A DNA stretch of 47,402 bases from Candidatus Micrarchaeota archaeon (GTDB taxonomy: Archaea > Micrarchaeota > Micrarchaeia > Anstonellales > Bilamarchaeaceae): the NCBI GenBank assembly GCA_029557835.1, contig JAKQHW010000060.1, positions 1 to 47,402 of the forward strand, written 5' to 3'. A program made the translations under genes and the position numbers. Each line of letters opens with the position of its first letter. The stretch's first letter is position 1. Below the pieces are notes generated by a model that was given only the letters and a program-made list of their open reading frames with translations, was not told the DNA's origin and did not search any database. Shown here one piece after another: positions 1 to 10,041 of this stretch.

Positions 1-480
1 GAAGAAATCCTCCCTGAAAAGGAAATCCTGGAACCTTATTGCAAGGTCGAGCAGGTTGCCTCTCACCCCGTCTTCAAATCCGCTTCTTTTAAGCTGCTCT
101 TCCGGAACAGCGGAGACCGTTGAGACGAGTTCGAGGATTGCTTTCTTCTCCCCGTTGCTGGTTTCCCCGAGTATGCAAAATGAAATTCTAACCGCAAGCT
201 CTATGAACGGCCTCAGTTCTCCTTTCCCGGCGAGCTCCGCGATTTCATTTATTGCCTCCGTGCGCTCCTTCGCGTCCCCCCGGGCTATGGAATCCCTGAA
301 CTCGGAGAGGAGCTGGCGCCTCTCCTTTTCAAGCTCAACCACCCTCTGCACATCTCCGAACATGCAGGGCTGCTTCCTGAGGGCAAAATAAAACGCGCCA
401 ACTTCCTTTGCCGGCCGGTTTGCAGGGCTTGCGCCCACGTTTTCTGTCGCGGGATGTTTTATGAGCCTTAGGTGTGACAT
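1..480 (-). CDS. hypothetical protein, first 160 codons (gene runs off the window start)
   Basis: Absent from the ORF track because it has no stop in the window. I read the minus strand by hand from ATG 480-478 (MSHLRLIKHPATENVG...) and found no stop through position 1. An AT-rich TATA-like stretch lies just upstream (481-514). This call replaces the antisense track ORF 56-391. Confidence 0.5.
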   Translation of the reverse strand, partial: MSHLRLIKHPATENVGASPANRPAKEVGAFYFALRKQPCMFGDVQRVVELEKERRQLLSEFRDSIARGDAKERTEAINEIAELAGKGELRPFIELAVRISFCILGETSNGEKKAILELVSTVSAVPEEQLKRSGFEDGVRGNLLDLAIRFQDFLFREDFF

Positions 481-531
481 GTGTACATTAATGTATATAA
501 GTGCTTTTTAAACGATGAGGTGGGCGGAAAA

Positions 532-906
532 TCAGATGAACTTGAGCCCCACAACACCGTCGTAGGCGGAGCGGTCCTTGGTGCAGAGGTACGCCTCGTT
601 CTCTATGCAGATTGCGGAATTGATGAGCTCCCTCATCCCTATCTCCACCTTCTGCGCGAAGAGCGATTCGTGGACCTTGTGCGCCCTCATCGCCGCCTTC
701 TTGTCGAACGGAAGCAGGGTGAGGTTGTCAAGTATCCTAAGCACCTTCCCCTTCTTTTTTACCGTGGAGATCAATTCGAAGAAGGTGAGCGGGGTTATGG
801 AGAGCTCCTCGCTGTCCACATAATGCTTTATCTTGGCGACAGTGGGCTTGTGCCCCTTCAGGAAATCCAGCAGTATGTCCGAGTCAAGGCATATTTTCGT
901 AGGCAC
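532..906 (-). CDS. vapC: PIN-domain toxin, VapC-like
   Basis: 124 aa. The N-terminal ICLDSDILLDFL acidic motif and overall PIN layout are present. It overlaps the upstream small antitoxin gene by 23 nt. Confidence 0.8.
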   Translation of the reverse strand: MPTKICLDSDILLDFLKGHKPTVAKIKHYVDSEELSITPLTFFELISTVKKKGKVLRILDNLTLLPFDKKAAMRAHKVHESLFAQKVEIGMRELINSAICIENEAYLCTKDRSAYDGVVGLKFI

Positions 907-1120
907 GCTTCCACCCCTTTTTCGCGAACAGGGACGCCCCCTTGTGCACGTCCCCGTCCCCTATCACCCCGGCAAAATCCAGGAGCCCCTTCTTCCTAAC
1001 GTTGTTTTCCCTGAGCAGGTATTCTATGGCCTCGCTGAAACTCATCCCGTTCTTTGTCTTCAGCTCACTGAGGTGGTTGTATACGTCATCGCGGATGGTT
1101 ATCACGCGGACCATGTGCAT
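884..1120 (-). CDS. vapB: antitoxin, VapB-like (ribbon-helix-helix type)
   Basis: 78 aa with an N-terminal VITIRDDVYNHLSELK...SFSEAIEYLL pattern. It sits immediately upstream of, and overlaps, the PIN gene. Confidence 0.65.
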   Translation of the reverse strand: MHMVRVITIRDDVYNHLSELKTKNGMSFSEAIEYLLRENNVRKKGLLDFAGVIGDGDVHKGASLFAKKGWKRAYENMP

Positions 1121-1220
1121 GTATACACTAAATACATTTATATGTTTATCTTCGGTGCGGCAAACTGGGAGTGGAAAATGGTATAAGCATGTGTACCAAA
1201 AACCTCCGTCTGAGAATAAA

Positions 1221-1232
1221 AACTATATAAAG
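1221..1232 (+). promoter_or_regulatory. TATA-box-like element upstream of first ftsZ
   Basis: aactatataaag lies about 27-40 nt upstream of the candidate starts (GTG 1259, ATG 1268). Confidence 0.3.
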
Positions 1233-1258
1233 ATTCCGAGCCACAAAAAAAGTACAAG

Positions 1259-2347
1259 GTGGAAAATATGGACGACCTTATAAAATCTGTCGTAGGGGAT
1301 AGCACGCCCAAGTCTTCGGAATCCGATGACATGAGCTCGGAGACGATCAAAATCGTAACCGTGGGCGCGGGCGGTGCCGGGAACAACACCATCAACAGGC
1401 TGATAAAGTCTGGGGTGAAGGGGACCGACCTGGTGGCTGTGAACACCGACAAGCAGCACCTCAACCAGATACACGAGAGGGCGAGGAAGGTGCTTATCGG
1501 GAGGAGCATAACCAAGGGGCTCGGCGCGGGCGGCTACCCTGACGTGGGCGCAAAGGCGGCCGAGGTCGACAAGGCCCTCCTTGAGAAGGAGCTCGAGGGC
1601 GCGCACCTGGTCTTCATATGCGCGGGCATGGGCGGAGGCACGGGCGGCGGTTCCGCACCCATCATCTCCCAGATCGCGAAGGAGCAGGGCGCGATAACCG
1701 TGGCGATGGTCACCTACCCGTTCGCGCTTGAGAGGGCGAGGAGGAAGAAGGCCGATGAGAGCATCGCAAAGCTCAGGCAGTACTGCGACTCTGTGATTAT
1801 CCTTGACAACAACAGGCTGGTCCAGCTGGTCCCGAACCTGCCCATGACCGAGGCTTTCGCGGTGGCGGACGAGATCCTCGCGAGGGCGATCTCGGGCCTC
1901 GTCTGGACGATCACCCAGCCGTCCCTCATCAACATCGACTTCGCGGACGTGAGGTCCATCATGCAGGGAGGCGGCGTAGGCTTCATCGCGGTCGGCGAGG
2001 GCAAGGGGACGGACAAGGTCACCGCGGCCGCGGAGGCGGTCGTGAAGAACAGGCTCCTTGATGTCGACTTCGAGGGCGCAAAGGGCGCGCTCATCCACAT
2101 CTCTGGAGGCTCCGACCTCTCACTCGGCGACGCGATAAAGGCCGGGGAGATAATCACCGAGAAGATGGACCCGGAGGCCAACGTGAAGTGGGGCGCCAGG
2201 ATCATGCAGAACTACGATGGGAAGCTCGAGATAGTGGCCATCGTGACCGGCGTGAAGGGCGCGTCCATACTCGGCGCGGAGATGAACCAGGAGAGCAGGG
2301 ATTCCGGATTCCCGACGTTCGGCGGGGACCTGGACATGCTCGGCTGA
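1259..2347 (+). CDS. ftsZ: cell division protein FtsZ (paralog A)
   Basis: IVTVGAGGAGNNTINR, NTDKQHL and the tubulin signature GMGGGTGGGSAP (variant of GGGTGTG) are present. Full-length FtsZ architecture. The start may be ATG 1268 rather than GTG 1259. Confidence 0.95.
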   Translation: MENMDDLIKSVVGDSTPKSSESDDMSSETIKIVTVGAGGAGNNTINRLIKSGVKGTDLVAVNTDKQHLNQIHERARKVLIGRSITKGLGAGGYPDVGAKAAEVDKALLEKELEGAHLVFICAGMGGGTGGGSAPIISQIAKEQGAITVAMVTYPFALERARRKKADESIAKLRQYCDSVIILDNNRLVQLVPNLPMTEAFAVADEILARAISGLVWTITQPSLINIDFADVRSIMQGGGVGFIAVGEGKGTDKVTAAAEAVVKNRLLDVDFEGAKGALIHISGGSDLSLGDAIKAGEIITEKMDPEANVKWGARIMQNYDGKLEIVAIVTGVKGASILGAEMNQESRDSGFPTFGGDLDMLG

Positions 2348-2360
2348 AGGTTTCGGCAAC

Positions 2361-2402
2361 GGGGAACCTTCGGGTTCCCCCTCTTTTCATTTTATGTTTT
2401 TT
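2361..2402 (+). terminator. hairpin plus T-tract between the two ftsZ genes
   Basis: Perfect 8-bp stem ggggaacc/ggttcccc (2361-2368 / 2373-2380) with a ttcg loop, followed by the T-rich run ctcttttcattttatgtttttt. Confidence 0.5.
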
Positions 2403-2456
2403 CCTGATTTTGCAATTCATTAAAAATCTAATTGTGCAACTAATAGCGGTGCTTTT

Positions 2457-3551
2457 ATGCTCGGTATCGTCAACGACGTCGTCTCTGAAGGCAAGGCCGC
2501 TGTTTCTGTTCCACAGAAGGAATTCGACCCCTCGGGGGTGAGGATTGCGGTCATAGGGACCGGAGGCGCGGGGTGCAACTCCGTCTCGAGGATAACCAAG
2601 CAGGGGATAAAGAGCGCAAGGACGATAGCGGTGAACACCGACGCGAAGCACCTCAGGATAACCGAGGCGCACAAGAAGCACGTGCTTGGGTACAACATAA
2701 CCAAGGGGCTCGGGGCAGGCGGAGAACCGTCCGTCGCGAGGAAGGCGGCGGAGGCGGACCTCGACAAGCTCCGCGAGCTCGTTGGCGAGAACGAGATAGT
2801 GTTCATACTCGCAGGCATGGGAGGGGGGACCGGAACCGGCTCCGCTCCGATACTCGCACGCGTGGCGAAGGAGCAGGGGGCGATAGTTGTCGGAGTGGTC
2901 ACTTTCCCGTTCAGCATAGAGAGGGTCCGCGTGAAGAAGGCCCGCGAGGGGCTAAACGACTTCATGAAGGAGGCGGACACTGTGATAGTGATAGACAACA
3001 ACCGGCTGCTTGGGTATGCGCCGAACCTTCCCCTCAACAAGGCGCTCGAGCTTGCGGATGAGGTCGCGGCCCGCGCGGTCCGCGGAATCGCCGACACTAT
3101 CGTTTTCCCGTCCCTCATGAACGTGGATTATGCGGACGTTAAGAGCGTGATGAAGGGAGGGGGGCTGGCGATGATTTCCATAGGCGAGGGGAACGGCTCG
3201 GACTTCGTCAAGAACGCCGTTTCCAACACCCTGCAGCATCCTTTGCTTGATGTGGATTATGAGGGCGCGAAGGGGGCGCTCATCCACATAGAGGCGGGCC
3301 AGAGGCTCACCCTCGGGGAGGCGGTGGAGATAGGTGAGGGGGTCTCTTCCGGCTTTGACGACGGGGCGAACGTGAAGATGGGGGCCAGGATTTCGGATGC
3401 ATTCATGGGAGGGGTGCGGGTGACCGCGATAGTGACCGGGGTCAAGTCCCCGAACCTGTTCGGCCAGGCATCCAATCCGTCCCAGGCGCAGGGCATGGTC
3501 GCGACGGCCTCCAGCACGCTTCAAGAAGGGCTGATTGACGAGTTCATGTGA
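2457..3551 (+). CDS. ftsZ: cell division protein FtsZ (paralog B)
   Basis: IAVIGTGGAGCNSVSR, NTDAKHL and the canonical GMGGGTGTGSAP signature are present. A TATA-like ttaaaaat lies about 30 nt upstream. Confidence 0.95.
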   Translation: MLGIVNDVVSEGKAAVSVPQKEFDPSGVRIAVIGTGGAGCNSVSRITKQGIKSARTIAVNTDAKHLRITEAHKKHVLGYNITKGLGAGGEPSVARKAAEADLDKLRELVGENEIVFILAGMGGGTGTGSAPILARVAKEQGAIVVGVVTFPFSIERVRVKKAREGLNDFMKEADTVIVIDNNRLLGYAPNLPLNKALELADEVAARAVRGIADTIVFPSLMNVDYADVKSVMKGGGLAMISIGEGNGSDFVKNAVSNTLQHPLLDVDYEGAKGALIHIEAGQRLTLGEAVEIGEGVSSGFDDGANVKMGARISDAFMGGVRVTAIVTGVKSPNLFGQASNPSQAQGMVATASSTLQEGLIDEFM

Positions 3552-3604
3552 GCGCTCTCCTGCTTTTATAACCTTTTTCCTATAAATCACTTCGGGGTAT
3601 TTTA

Positions 3605-6550
3605 ATGATAGAATTCAGCCCGTTATACCTATTGCTATTGTTGTTCATGGGATTTTTCATCCCCGGGATAATTTTCTCGCTCGGCCTCCTTAAACGGAAG
3701 GAGCTTCCCCTGTTTGACAAGGCCGGGATAGGGCTGGGCATCGGGATGGTGGTCCCCGCGCTCATCGCCTTCCTCCTCTCCTTTTTTGGGGTGCTTTTCT
3801 CCTACCCCATCGCGCTCGCCTCCATAGGGATATTCTATGCCATTGCGATTGCCCTTTTCGTAAAGGAGAAGGCATGGGAGCAGTTTTCCTTCCCTGCCGA
3901 CCCGAAATTGGTGGTTTCATCGGTTGCGCTCGCGCTCCTGATTTTGCTCACCTTCTGGATAAGGATACAGACGCACAGTCCGGTTTTCATGGAATTGGAC
4001 CCCTATTTCTACATGTTCGTGACACATTACATAATAACCGAGGGGGAGGTGCCCCTGACCGACCAGACCGCATGGTATCCGCTTGAAACCTCGCACAGGT
4101 CGGTCCCGCTCAAGGCATACCCAGAGGCCATCGGCTATTCCTTGTATACCTATGGGGGGGAATATAACCGGTATTTGCTTTCCGACCTCGCGGGAAGCTT
4201 CCCGCCCGTGCTTGCGGCTTTGGCGGTGTTCTTCTTCGCGCTCTTCATCTCTTCGGAATATAAAAGGGAATTCGGCATAATCGCCGCCGCTGTTTTTTCC
4301 TTCATTCCCATGTTCCTCATGAAAACGCTCGCGGGCGAGAGCGAAATCCAGCCGTATGCGTTCTTTGCGCTGGCGTTCTTTTTCGCGATGTACGCGCTTG
4401 CGGTTAAAAGGAAGGATTTCACCTTTGCGGGGCTTGCGGCGCTCGCCTTCCTTGCATGCATGGCGGGGTCGAGCTCATATGTGGTAATATTCGCGGCCCT
4501 GATAATATTCATCCCCCTGCAGGCGGTGATGCTCTTCTTCCAGAAGGAGCCCGTGCTTGAGTTCGTGAAATTGAATGCAGTGGTCGCGGCAGGGGCCGTG
4601 TTCGCATCAATCCTCACCAGCTCCTATTCCGCCGGCGAACTCTCCTTCTCAGGCCTTTTGGGGAGCACAATGCTGGGATTGTATGGGGTTCTTGCGTTCG
4701 CGCTTGCCCTCTCCATGGTAAGGGAAAAGGTGAAGGACCTGGAGGCCGCCACCTATGCCCTCGGCGGGCTTGTCCTCGTGGGGATTGTGGTGATGGCATT
4801 TACCCCGATCGGGGGGGCGATCACCTCCCTCGCTGGCGGGACCTTGGGCATTGCGACGTTCACCCTCCCTCTGCACAAAACCATCGCGGAGCAGGGCGTC
4901 GCCGGGTCGGAGTTCCAGGGAACCCTCGGGTTTTCCGGGATGGTTTTCTCCGGGATTCCCGCGCTGCTTTTCGCAATCCCCTCCGCCGTGATGAATTTCG
5001 TTATGGGGACGATTGTGGCCTTCCTGAACGGGCTTTTCGGGGCCGGGATAACCTACACCGAGAAGGACAACAGCATGCTCCTGCTCATCTATTTCATGGC
5101 CATCCTTGCGCTTTCGCATTCTTTGTACAGGAAGCTGAAGTTCAACGACCTTCGGCTGCCCCTGCTCTTCATCGCGATAATATTCCCCATTTCCGTGGTG
5201 GGGATGCTCAAGACCAAATACACCATCTACCTCGGCTTCGCGACCGCGATCGCGTTCGGGGTGGTGCTGGGGGAGATTTTCGATTTCGCCATTCTCCGCG
5301 CAAAGAACCTGAAGGAGGAGGCGGAGAGGAAGAAATGGGCGCAGTATGCGTTCATGGGGCTGGTCATATTCGGCTCCCTCTTCGCGTATTCCCAGGCGGC
5401 GATGCCGCCGTCCATAGGGAAGGCGCTGCTCTCCAATTCGATGCAGGAGAGGTTCGCGGAAAACCCGCTTGGCGCACAGGCGAAGCTGCGCGCGGTTTGC
5501 GCGATGTACGACCCCATGGGCGTGAGCAGCGACCCGGTCTGCCTCGCGGCCAGGGACCCTGTGGGCTTCGCCAACCTTGGCACCAACTACCAATACCACC
5601 AGACCGTCTGCGCCTATTCCATAATCTCAAACCCATCCGCACCCACCGAAGACGAGAGGATAGCGGTGCAGTACAGGTGCATGATGAGGCTTGACTACTA
5701 TTGGATAGAGCTGATGGAGTGGATGGAGAACGAAAGCCCCCGGGATGCGCGCTTCACCTCCTGGTGGGACTACGGCCACTGGACCAACTTTTTCGGGGAC
5801 AGGAACACCGTCCTGAGGAACGAGCACGCCTCCCACGACATGATAGTGGAGGTGGCGCACGGCTTCCTCTACGGGACGCCCGACGAGCTCCGCACCTTCA
5901 TGCTCGCCCACGATTCCAAATACGTCTTCTTCGACCAGGAGATACTGGGCGCGATAAAGCCGGACGGCTTCATGAGCTTCGGCGGAAAATACGGGGCGCT
6001 CAACTACCTCTCCTGCTCGCGCAACAACCAGACCGGGGTGGGGCAGAACCCCGGCGAGTCCCTCTGCGAGGCCGAGCACCTGTGGGAGAGCGTCTACGTC
6101 CCCGTAGGGCTGCAGGCGCAGGAGTGCGCGATAACCTCCGCGAAGAAGGGCTCGGTCGGGTACACCGTCCGCTCGGTCGGGGCCCAGAGGAGCTTCGTGC
6201 CCACCTACTGCGTGGGCGAGGTGGCCCTTGCGGACGGGACGAAGGCCCTGGGGACCTATTACCTTGACGAATCAAAGAAATCCCCGAACGGGGACCTCAA
6301 ATTGAACAAGGCCCGCCTGAACCTGGATTACGAGGATTCCGCCCAGGGCTTCCGGCTCTACACCGCGCTCTACGACCGCTCCAGGATATGGGTGGAGAAC
6401 GGCGTGCTGGTGGACGGGTGGGAGGACAGGAAGGGCAAGTTCTACGACTCCAACCTGTACAACGGGTTCGTGCTCGGGTCGCTTCCAGGGTTTGATCTGG
6501 TCTACCAGACCTCCGGCGGGGAAATAAAGGTGTTCAGGATAAGGGAATGA
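3605..6550 (+). CDS. aglB: archaeal oligosaccharyltransferase, AglB/STT3 family
   Basis: 981 aa. The N-terminal half has many hydrophobic transmembrane segments. It is followed by the catalytic WWDYGHW (WWDYG) motif and a soluble C-terminal domain. Confidence 0.85.
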   Translation: MIEFSPLYLLLLLFMGFFIPGIIFSLGLLKRKELPLFDKAGIGLGIGMVVPALIAFLLSFFGVLFSYPIALASIGIFYAIAIALFVKEKAWEQFSFPADPKLVVSSVALALLILLTFWIRIQTHSPVFMELDPYFYMFVTHYIITEGEVPLTDQTAWYPLETSHRSVPLKAYPEAIGYSLYTYGGEYNRYLLSDLAGSFPPVLAALAVFFFALFISSEYKREFGIIAAAVFSFIPMFLMKTLAGESEIQPYAFFALAFFFAMYALAVKRKDFTFAGLAALAFLACMAGSSSYVVIFAALIIFIPLQAVMLFFQKEPVLEFVKLNAVVAAGAVFASILTSSYSAGELSFSGLLGSTMLGLYGVLAFALALSMVREKVKDLEAATYALGGLVLVGIVVMAFTPIGGAITSLAGGTLGIATFTLPLHKTIAEQGVAGSEFQGTLGFSGMVFSGIPALLFAIPSAVMNFVMGTIVAFLNGLFGAGITYTEKDNSMLLLIYFMAILALSHSLYRKLKFNDLRLPLLFIAIIFPISVVGMLKTKYTIYLGFATAIAFGVVLGEIFDFAILRAKNLKEEAERKKWAQYAFMGLVIFGSLFAYSQAAMPPSIGKALLSNSMQERFAENPLGAQAKLRAVCAMYDPMGVSSDPVCLAARDPVGFANLGTNYQYHQTVCAYSIISNPSAPTEDERIAVQYRCMMRLDYYWIELMEWMENESPRDARFTSWWDYGHWTNFFGDRNTVLRNEHASHDMIVEVAHGFLYGTPDELRTFMLAHDSKYVFFDQEILGAIKPDGFMSFGGKYGALNYLSCSRNNQTGVGQNPGESLCEAEHLWESVYVPVGLQAQECAITSAKKGSVGYTVRSVGAQRSFVPTYCVGEVALADGTKALGTYYLDESKKSPNGDLKLNKARLNLDYEDSAQGFRLYTALYDRSRIWVENGVLVDGWEDRKGKFYDSNLYNGFVLGSLPGFDLVYQTSGGEIKVFRIRE

Positions 6551-6557
6551 AAATGGT

Positions 6558-6577
6558 GGGCATCCTTTTGGATGCCC
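6558..6577. terminator. hairpin in convergent intergenic gap (possible bidirectional terminator)
   Basis: gggcatcc tttt ggatgccc forms a perfect 8-bp stem and is followed by tttggttttt. It lies between the aglB stop (6550) and the stop of the minus-strand giant gene (6590). Confidence 0.4.
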
Positions 6578-6589
6578 TTTGGTTTTTAG

Positions 6590-9500
6590 TCATCTCCACT
6601 CTGGATAAACTGTGCGGGCCCGCCTTCCTCTACCCACGCGCCTGCCCTTCAGGTCTTCACCATGCTCGGAATTCCATGTGCGGTTTCCCCTTGCCGCCCC
6701 GTACAAATCATCTCTTTCATCCGGATTCGCATTCCAGTACTCTCTCTGGAGGTTCTCCGGAAGGTTCACAAACTGGGAAGCCCGCTCAGATGGTGAGAGC
6801 CCCTGGAAATGCTCCCTGAGCCACGCCTCCGTCCTCATGCCCCAAAACTCGGTTCCGGAAGCATATTCGGCTATGCTTCCGGTGCCCGTTGCCGGAAGAA
6901 CCGTTCCCCTAGGCCTGTGGGGCAACAGCTTCAGCACAAATCTAAGGCCATACTCCGGAGAAACCGTTGCCAGGAGTTCCTGGCTCCCGGAGTATATCCT
7001 GCCGAATTGCTCCATGAAATGGGCCGAGAGTTGCCCTGCTTCCGCAGTTGGATTGTCACGCATGAACAATGCGATGTCCGCAAGCAGGCCCATGCGCTCT
7101 GCACTAAATGAAACCCTCCTGCCTGCCGCAGGAAATGCCTCAGCAAGCTCAGCCGTAACAGTGCGAATCGCAGGATAAGATTCTGAAAGGCTCTCCATAA
7201 GGCGGTTCTCTATGTCGACTTCGCCCGGCCTTCTTCCGGGGGCAGAAGCCGCCAGGCGTATCGTTCCAAGGAGATATACAAGCGCCTGCTTTTCCGCATT
7301 CCTGTCCGTGAAATAGTTCTCTACCGCATCCAGGATATTGGAGTAGCGGCTGAACTGGTCCCTCAGGAATTCCCTCTCCAGCTGGTCCCCGGTCATTGAC
7401 GGGCTTGTTGAGAGCTTCTTCAGCACGGAAACGTATGCGTTTACCCTGTCCTGGCCCTCCAGGGCCGCGTCTATCAGATTGGAAACGCCGCGGTAGTTCT
7501 GCAGGTACGCCCTCGCGAACGCAACGGCCACCTGCGTGGAATCGGCGGCCTGGATTCCGGCTGCAATGCCCCACATCTGCAGATACCTTTCGGCGCTGGC
7601 TGATTGCGCCCTGCCCGCGCCCACGGCCGCATCTATCACCTGCGCGACCGGCCCGGCCGCGCTTATGAATGCAGGGTTGCGCCTCATTTTCTCGAATATT
7701 TCCGCCTCGTTTGAGAGGGAGCCCCTCCTGCCCACGCGCGTGGAATCAAACAGTTCTCTGTATACGTCCAGCCTCTGCGCCTGCGGAAGGAACCTGTTCC
7801 CTATGAAGAGCGTCCTTGGATTATCGGAGCCGGTCACGAATTTGAAGAATGCTTCGTAGAAGGCGAGTTCGGCCTGGTTTCCAGCCTTGCCCTCCATCGC
7901 GGCAGATGCCATGGACATGAACTCAGCGGCATCCTGCGCCCTTGCCGCATCAAAGCGGCTTACCCTCTGTGCATTCGCCTCGAGGCCATAATCTGTCCTG
8001 GTTTCGAAACCGAATGCCCGAGTGAGGAATTGGGAGATGCGGCCTCCGAGAAGCGGGTCCGCGTCGTTTATGCTCGTGTATGCATCCGAAACCGAAACAA
8101 GCCTCTGCTGCGTATCGCGCTGCGCCTCGTTTAAGGCTGGGGTTGCTTCGGTCCGCACAGCCGGCCGAGGGGGGGCGGTGACTCCAGCACTCGGGGCGCT
8201 TGCACCACTGGAACCGAAAAGGGAGTTGTAAGCAAGCGTGAACGGGCCGCGCTCTGTTGCGCCAAGCCATGATGCCACCTGCCAGCCGACAAGGCCATAG
8301 ACGGCGAGGCCCGCTGCGCCACCGACCCTCTCCCCGATTGCCCTTCTGGGGCCAAAGGTGGTTCTGAGCCCCCTAGCCAGTGGCCTGTATGTGAGCGCGG
8401 CAAAAACGGAACCTCCCGCATTGATAACTCTCGCAAGTGTTGACGACTCCCCTCTCCAGGCTTCGCTCACCATGCGCCAAGGGGCGATGAACGCCTCGTC
8501 AAATGCCGCTGTGAACGAGCCGCGGATTATATTCACCTTGGGAAGCCCGTCCTCTAAAACCATCCTTACGCTGTTTGGATCCGCAAATTGCGGGCTCCGG
8601 ATTATGGAATTGAGTCTGTTCATGTCCATCAGTCGCTCTCTGCTCCCCCTTGCAAGCATTGATTCCATGGCGTCTTGGGCAACGCCTGCTTCTGCAAGCA
8701 ATGCATTCATGTTCAATGCCCCGCGGGCTTCGGGAGGGACACTTCTTATTTTGTCAAATAGGCCCTGAACCGCCTGGCGTGCATCCTGGGCTGCAGCTCT
8801 TGCAGCCCGTTCGTATGGAATTTCGCCTGGTGCTCCGGATACCCCCGCCATCCTCCTCTCATAAACGTAATTATAGAGGTTCTGCGCAACTCTTTCCACC
8901 ATTCTGGTCTCGGCAGAAGTGATGGCTGCAAGGAACCTGGATGCCGCGCCGCCTATTCCCACGCTACCGAGCCCTGCCTGGATGTACCTGTCCACGTCCT
9001 CCAGCGTGGCGGCTTCCCTTCCGTTCTGCCTCGAGGTCATCTGGCCCGCGACAAGAACGCCTTCATAGAAGGCGAGTACCTGTTCGGGGGTTGGATTCGG
9101 GGTGGAGGTGAAGAATGTATACGCCCTGTCAAGGTATGTGAGGGCAAGCACGTCCTCAAGCGTCAGCCTGTAGTTCTCGAACTCCGAGAAGTCCGCTCCT
9201 GCCTCACGTTGGGATGCTATGAATGAGTTGATTTCATCCTCCGTTATCTCGCCCTGCGGCTGCTGGACAGGGGTGGGAACGACCTCCTCTGCGCCCCTTC
9301 TCCTGAAAAGGCTTCCCACAATGGGAATTGATTCAAGCCAGGGGCGCGACCCTGGAGCCATGGTGGTTTCCGCAGGGGCCGCGGTTGCCTGCGCGAACAA
9401 TGATTCCAGGTTCTGCTGCACAACGCCCCCGAACGCCTCGTTTATCCTGACCGCCTGGTTTGCGCTGAACTGCTCCCCGAAGTTCTGCGCCATCATGAGT

Positions 9501-9988
9501 ATCGCCTGGTCCCTGAGCGCAAGCTTCTGCTCTTCCGTGAGGGAGGAGTATCTGTCTGACCATGCCCTCTGGTCCCTTACGCCCCCGAGCATCACCTCCC
9601 TTCTGTACGGCTGCCCGGTCCCGTCTAGCGCGGCCATGAGGTCGTTTGCCCTCTGGAGAAGCAAGTTCTGGTTTCCGCTCCTTACCACAGCAGAAACGCT
9701 GGGGTCTGAGGAGAGCCTTGACAAATCTTCCGCTGCCGCCCTTATGCCTTGTGGAGCCTGAGCCTGGACCATGGTTTCACCATTACTATTCCTGTTTCCT
9801 GAGTTTATAAATGTTGCTTCGTTAGGGCGGGAGAATGAGGTTGCTGGGATGGAGGCCGCAAGTATGGCGGCGACCGCCTTTGCCGCGCGTGTGTCCGGCA
9901 GCCTGGTCCTGGGGCCCTCAGGGACCATCCGGCGTGCGGGCTCGCTGTTTGGTTTTTCGGCTTCCTTTGGCATGGGCATCACGTCCAC
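6590..9988 (-). CDS. giant hypothetical protein (1132 aa), Ala-rich, internal Gly-rich hydrophobic segment
   Basis: Uninterrupted 3.4-kb ORF in a 60 percent GC background. I recognise no catalytic motif. A hydrophobic Gly/Ala stretch is present (GGAAGLAVYGLVGWQVASWLGA). Confidence 0.75.
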   Translation of the reverse strand: MDVMPMPKEAEKPNSEPARRMVPEGPRTRLPDTRAAKAVAAILAASIPATSFSRPNEATFINSGNRNSNGETMVQAQAPQGIRAAAEDLSRLSSDPSVSAVVRSGNQNLLLQRANDLMAALDGTGQPYRREVMLGGVRDQRAWSDRYSSLTEEQKLALRDQAILMMAQNFGEQFSANQAVRINEAFGGVVQQNLESLFAQATAAPAETTMAPGSRPWLESIPIVGSLFRRRGAEEVVPTPVQQPQGEITEDEINSFIASQREAGADFSEFENYRLTLEDVLALTYLDRAYTFFTSTPNPTPEQVLAFYEGVLVAGQMTSRQNGREAATLEDVDRYIQAGLGSVGIGGAASRFLAAITSAETRMVERVAQNLYNYVYERRMAGVSGAPGEIPYERAARAAAQDARQAVQGLFDKIRSVPPEARGALNMNALLAEAGVAQDAMESMLARGSRERLMDMNRLNSIIRSPQFADPNSVRMVLEDGLPKVNIIRGSFTAAFDEAFIAPWRMVSEAWRGESSTLARVINAGGSVFAALTYRPLARGLRTTFGPRRAIGERVGGAAGLAVYGLVGWQVASWLGATERGPFTLAYNSLFGSSGASAPSAGVTAPPRPAVRTEATPALNEAQRDTQQRLVSVSDAYTSINDADPLLGGRISQFLTRAFGFETRTDYGLEANAQRVSRFDAARAQDAAEFMSMASAAMEGKAGNQAELAFYEAFFKFVTGSDNPRTLFIGNRFLPQAQRLDVYRELFDSTRVGRRGSLSNEAEIFEKMRRNPAFISAAGPVAQVIDAAVGAGRAQSASAERYLQMWGIAAGIQAADSTQVAVAFARAYLQNYRGVSNLIDAALEGQDRVNAYVSVLKKLSTSPSMTGDQLEREFLRDQFSRYSNILDAVENYFTDRNAEKQALVYLLGTIRLAASAPGRRPGEVDIENRLMESLSESYPAIRTVTAELAEAFPAAGRRVSFSAERMGLLADIALFMRDNPTAEAGQLSAHFMEQFGRIYSGSQELLATVSPEYGLRFVLKLLPHRPRGTVLPATGTGSIAEYASGTEFWGMRTEAWLREHFQGLSPSERASQFVNLPENLQREYWNANPDERDDLYGAARGNRTWNSEHGEDLKGRRVGRGRRARTVYPEWR

Positions 9989-10041
9989 TAAATTGTTCGA
10001 ATGTGTACATGATTTTTAACGAATAACAATTTAAAAATGTG

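Noticed and set aside
56-391. 111-aa plus-strand track ORF
   Set aside because: It is Ser/Pro/Leu-rich and antisense to a longer open minus-strand frame that has a start codon and a TATA-like element at 480-514.
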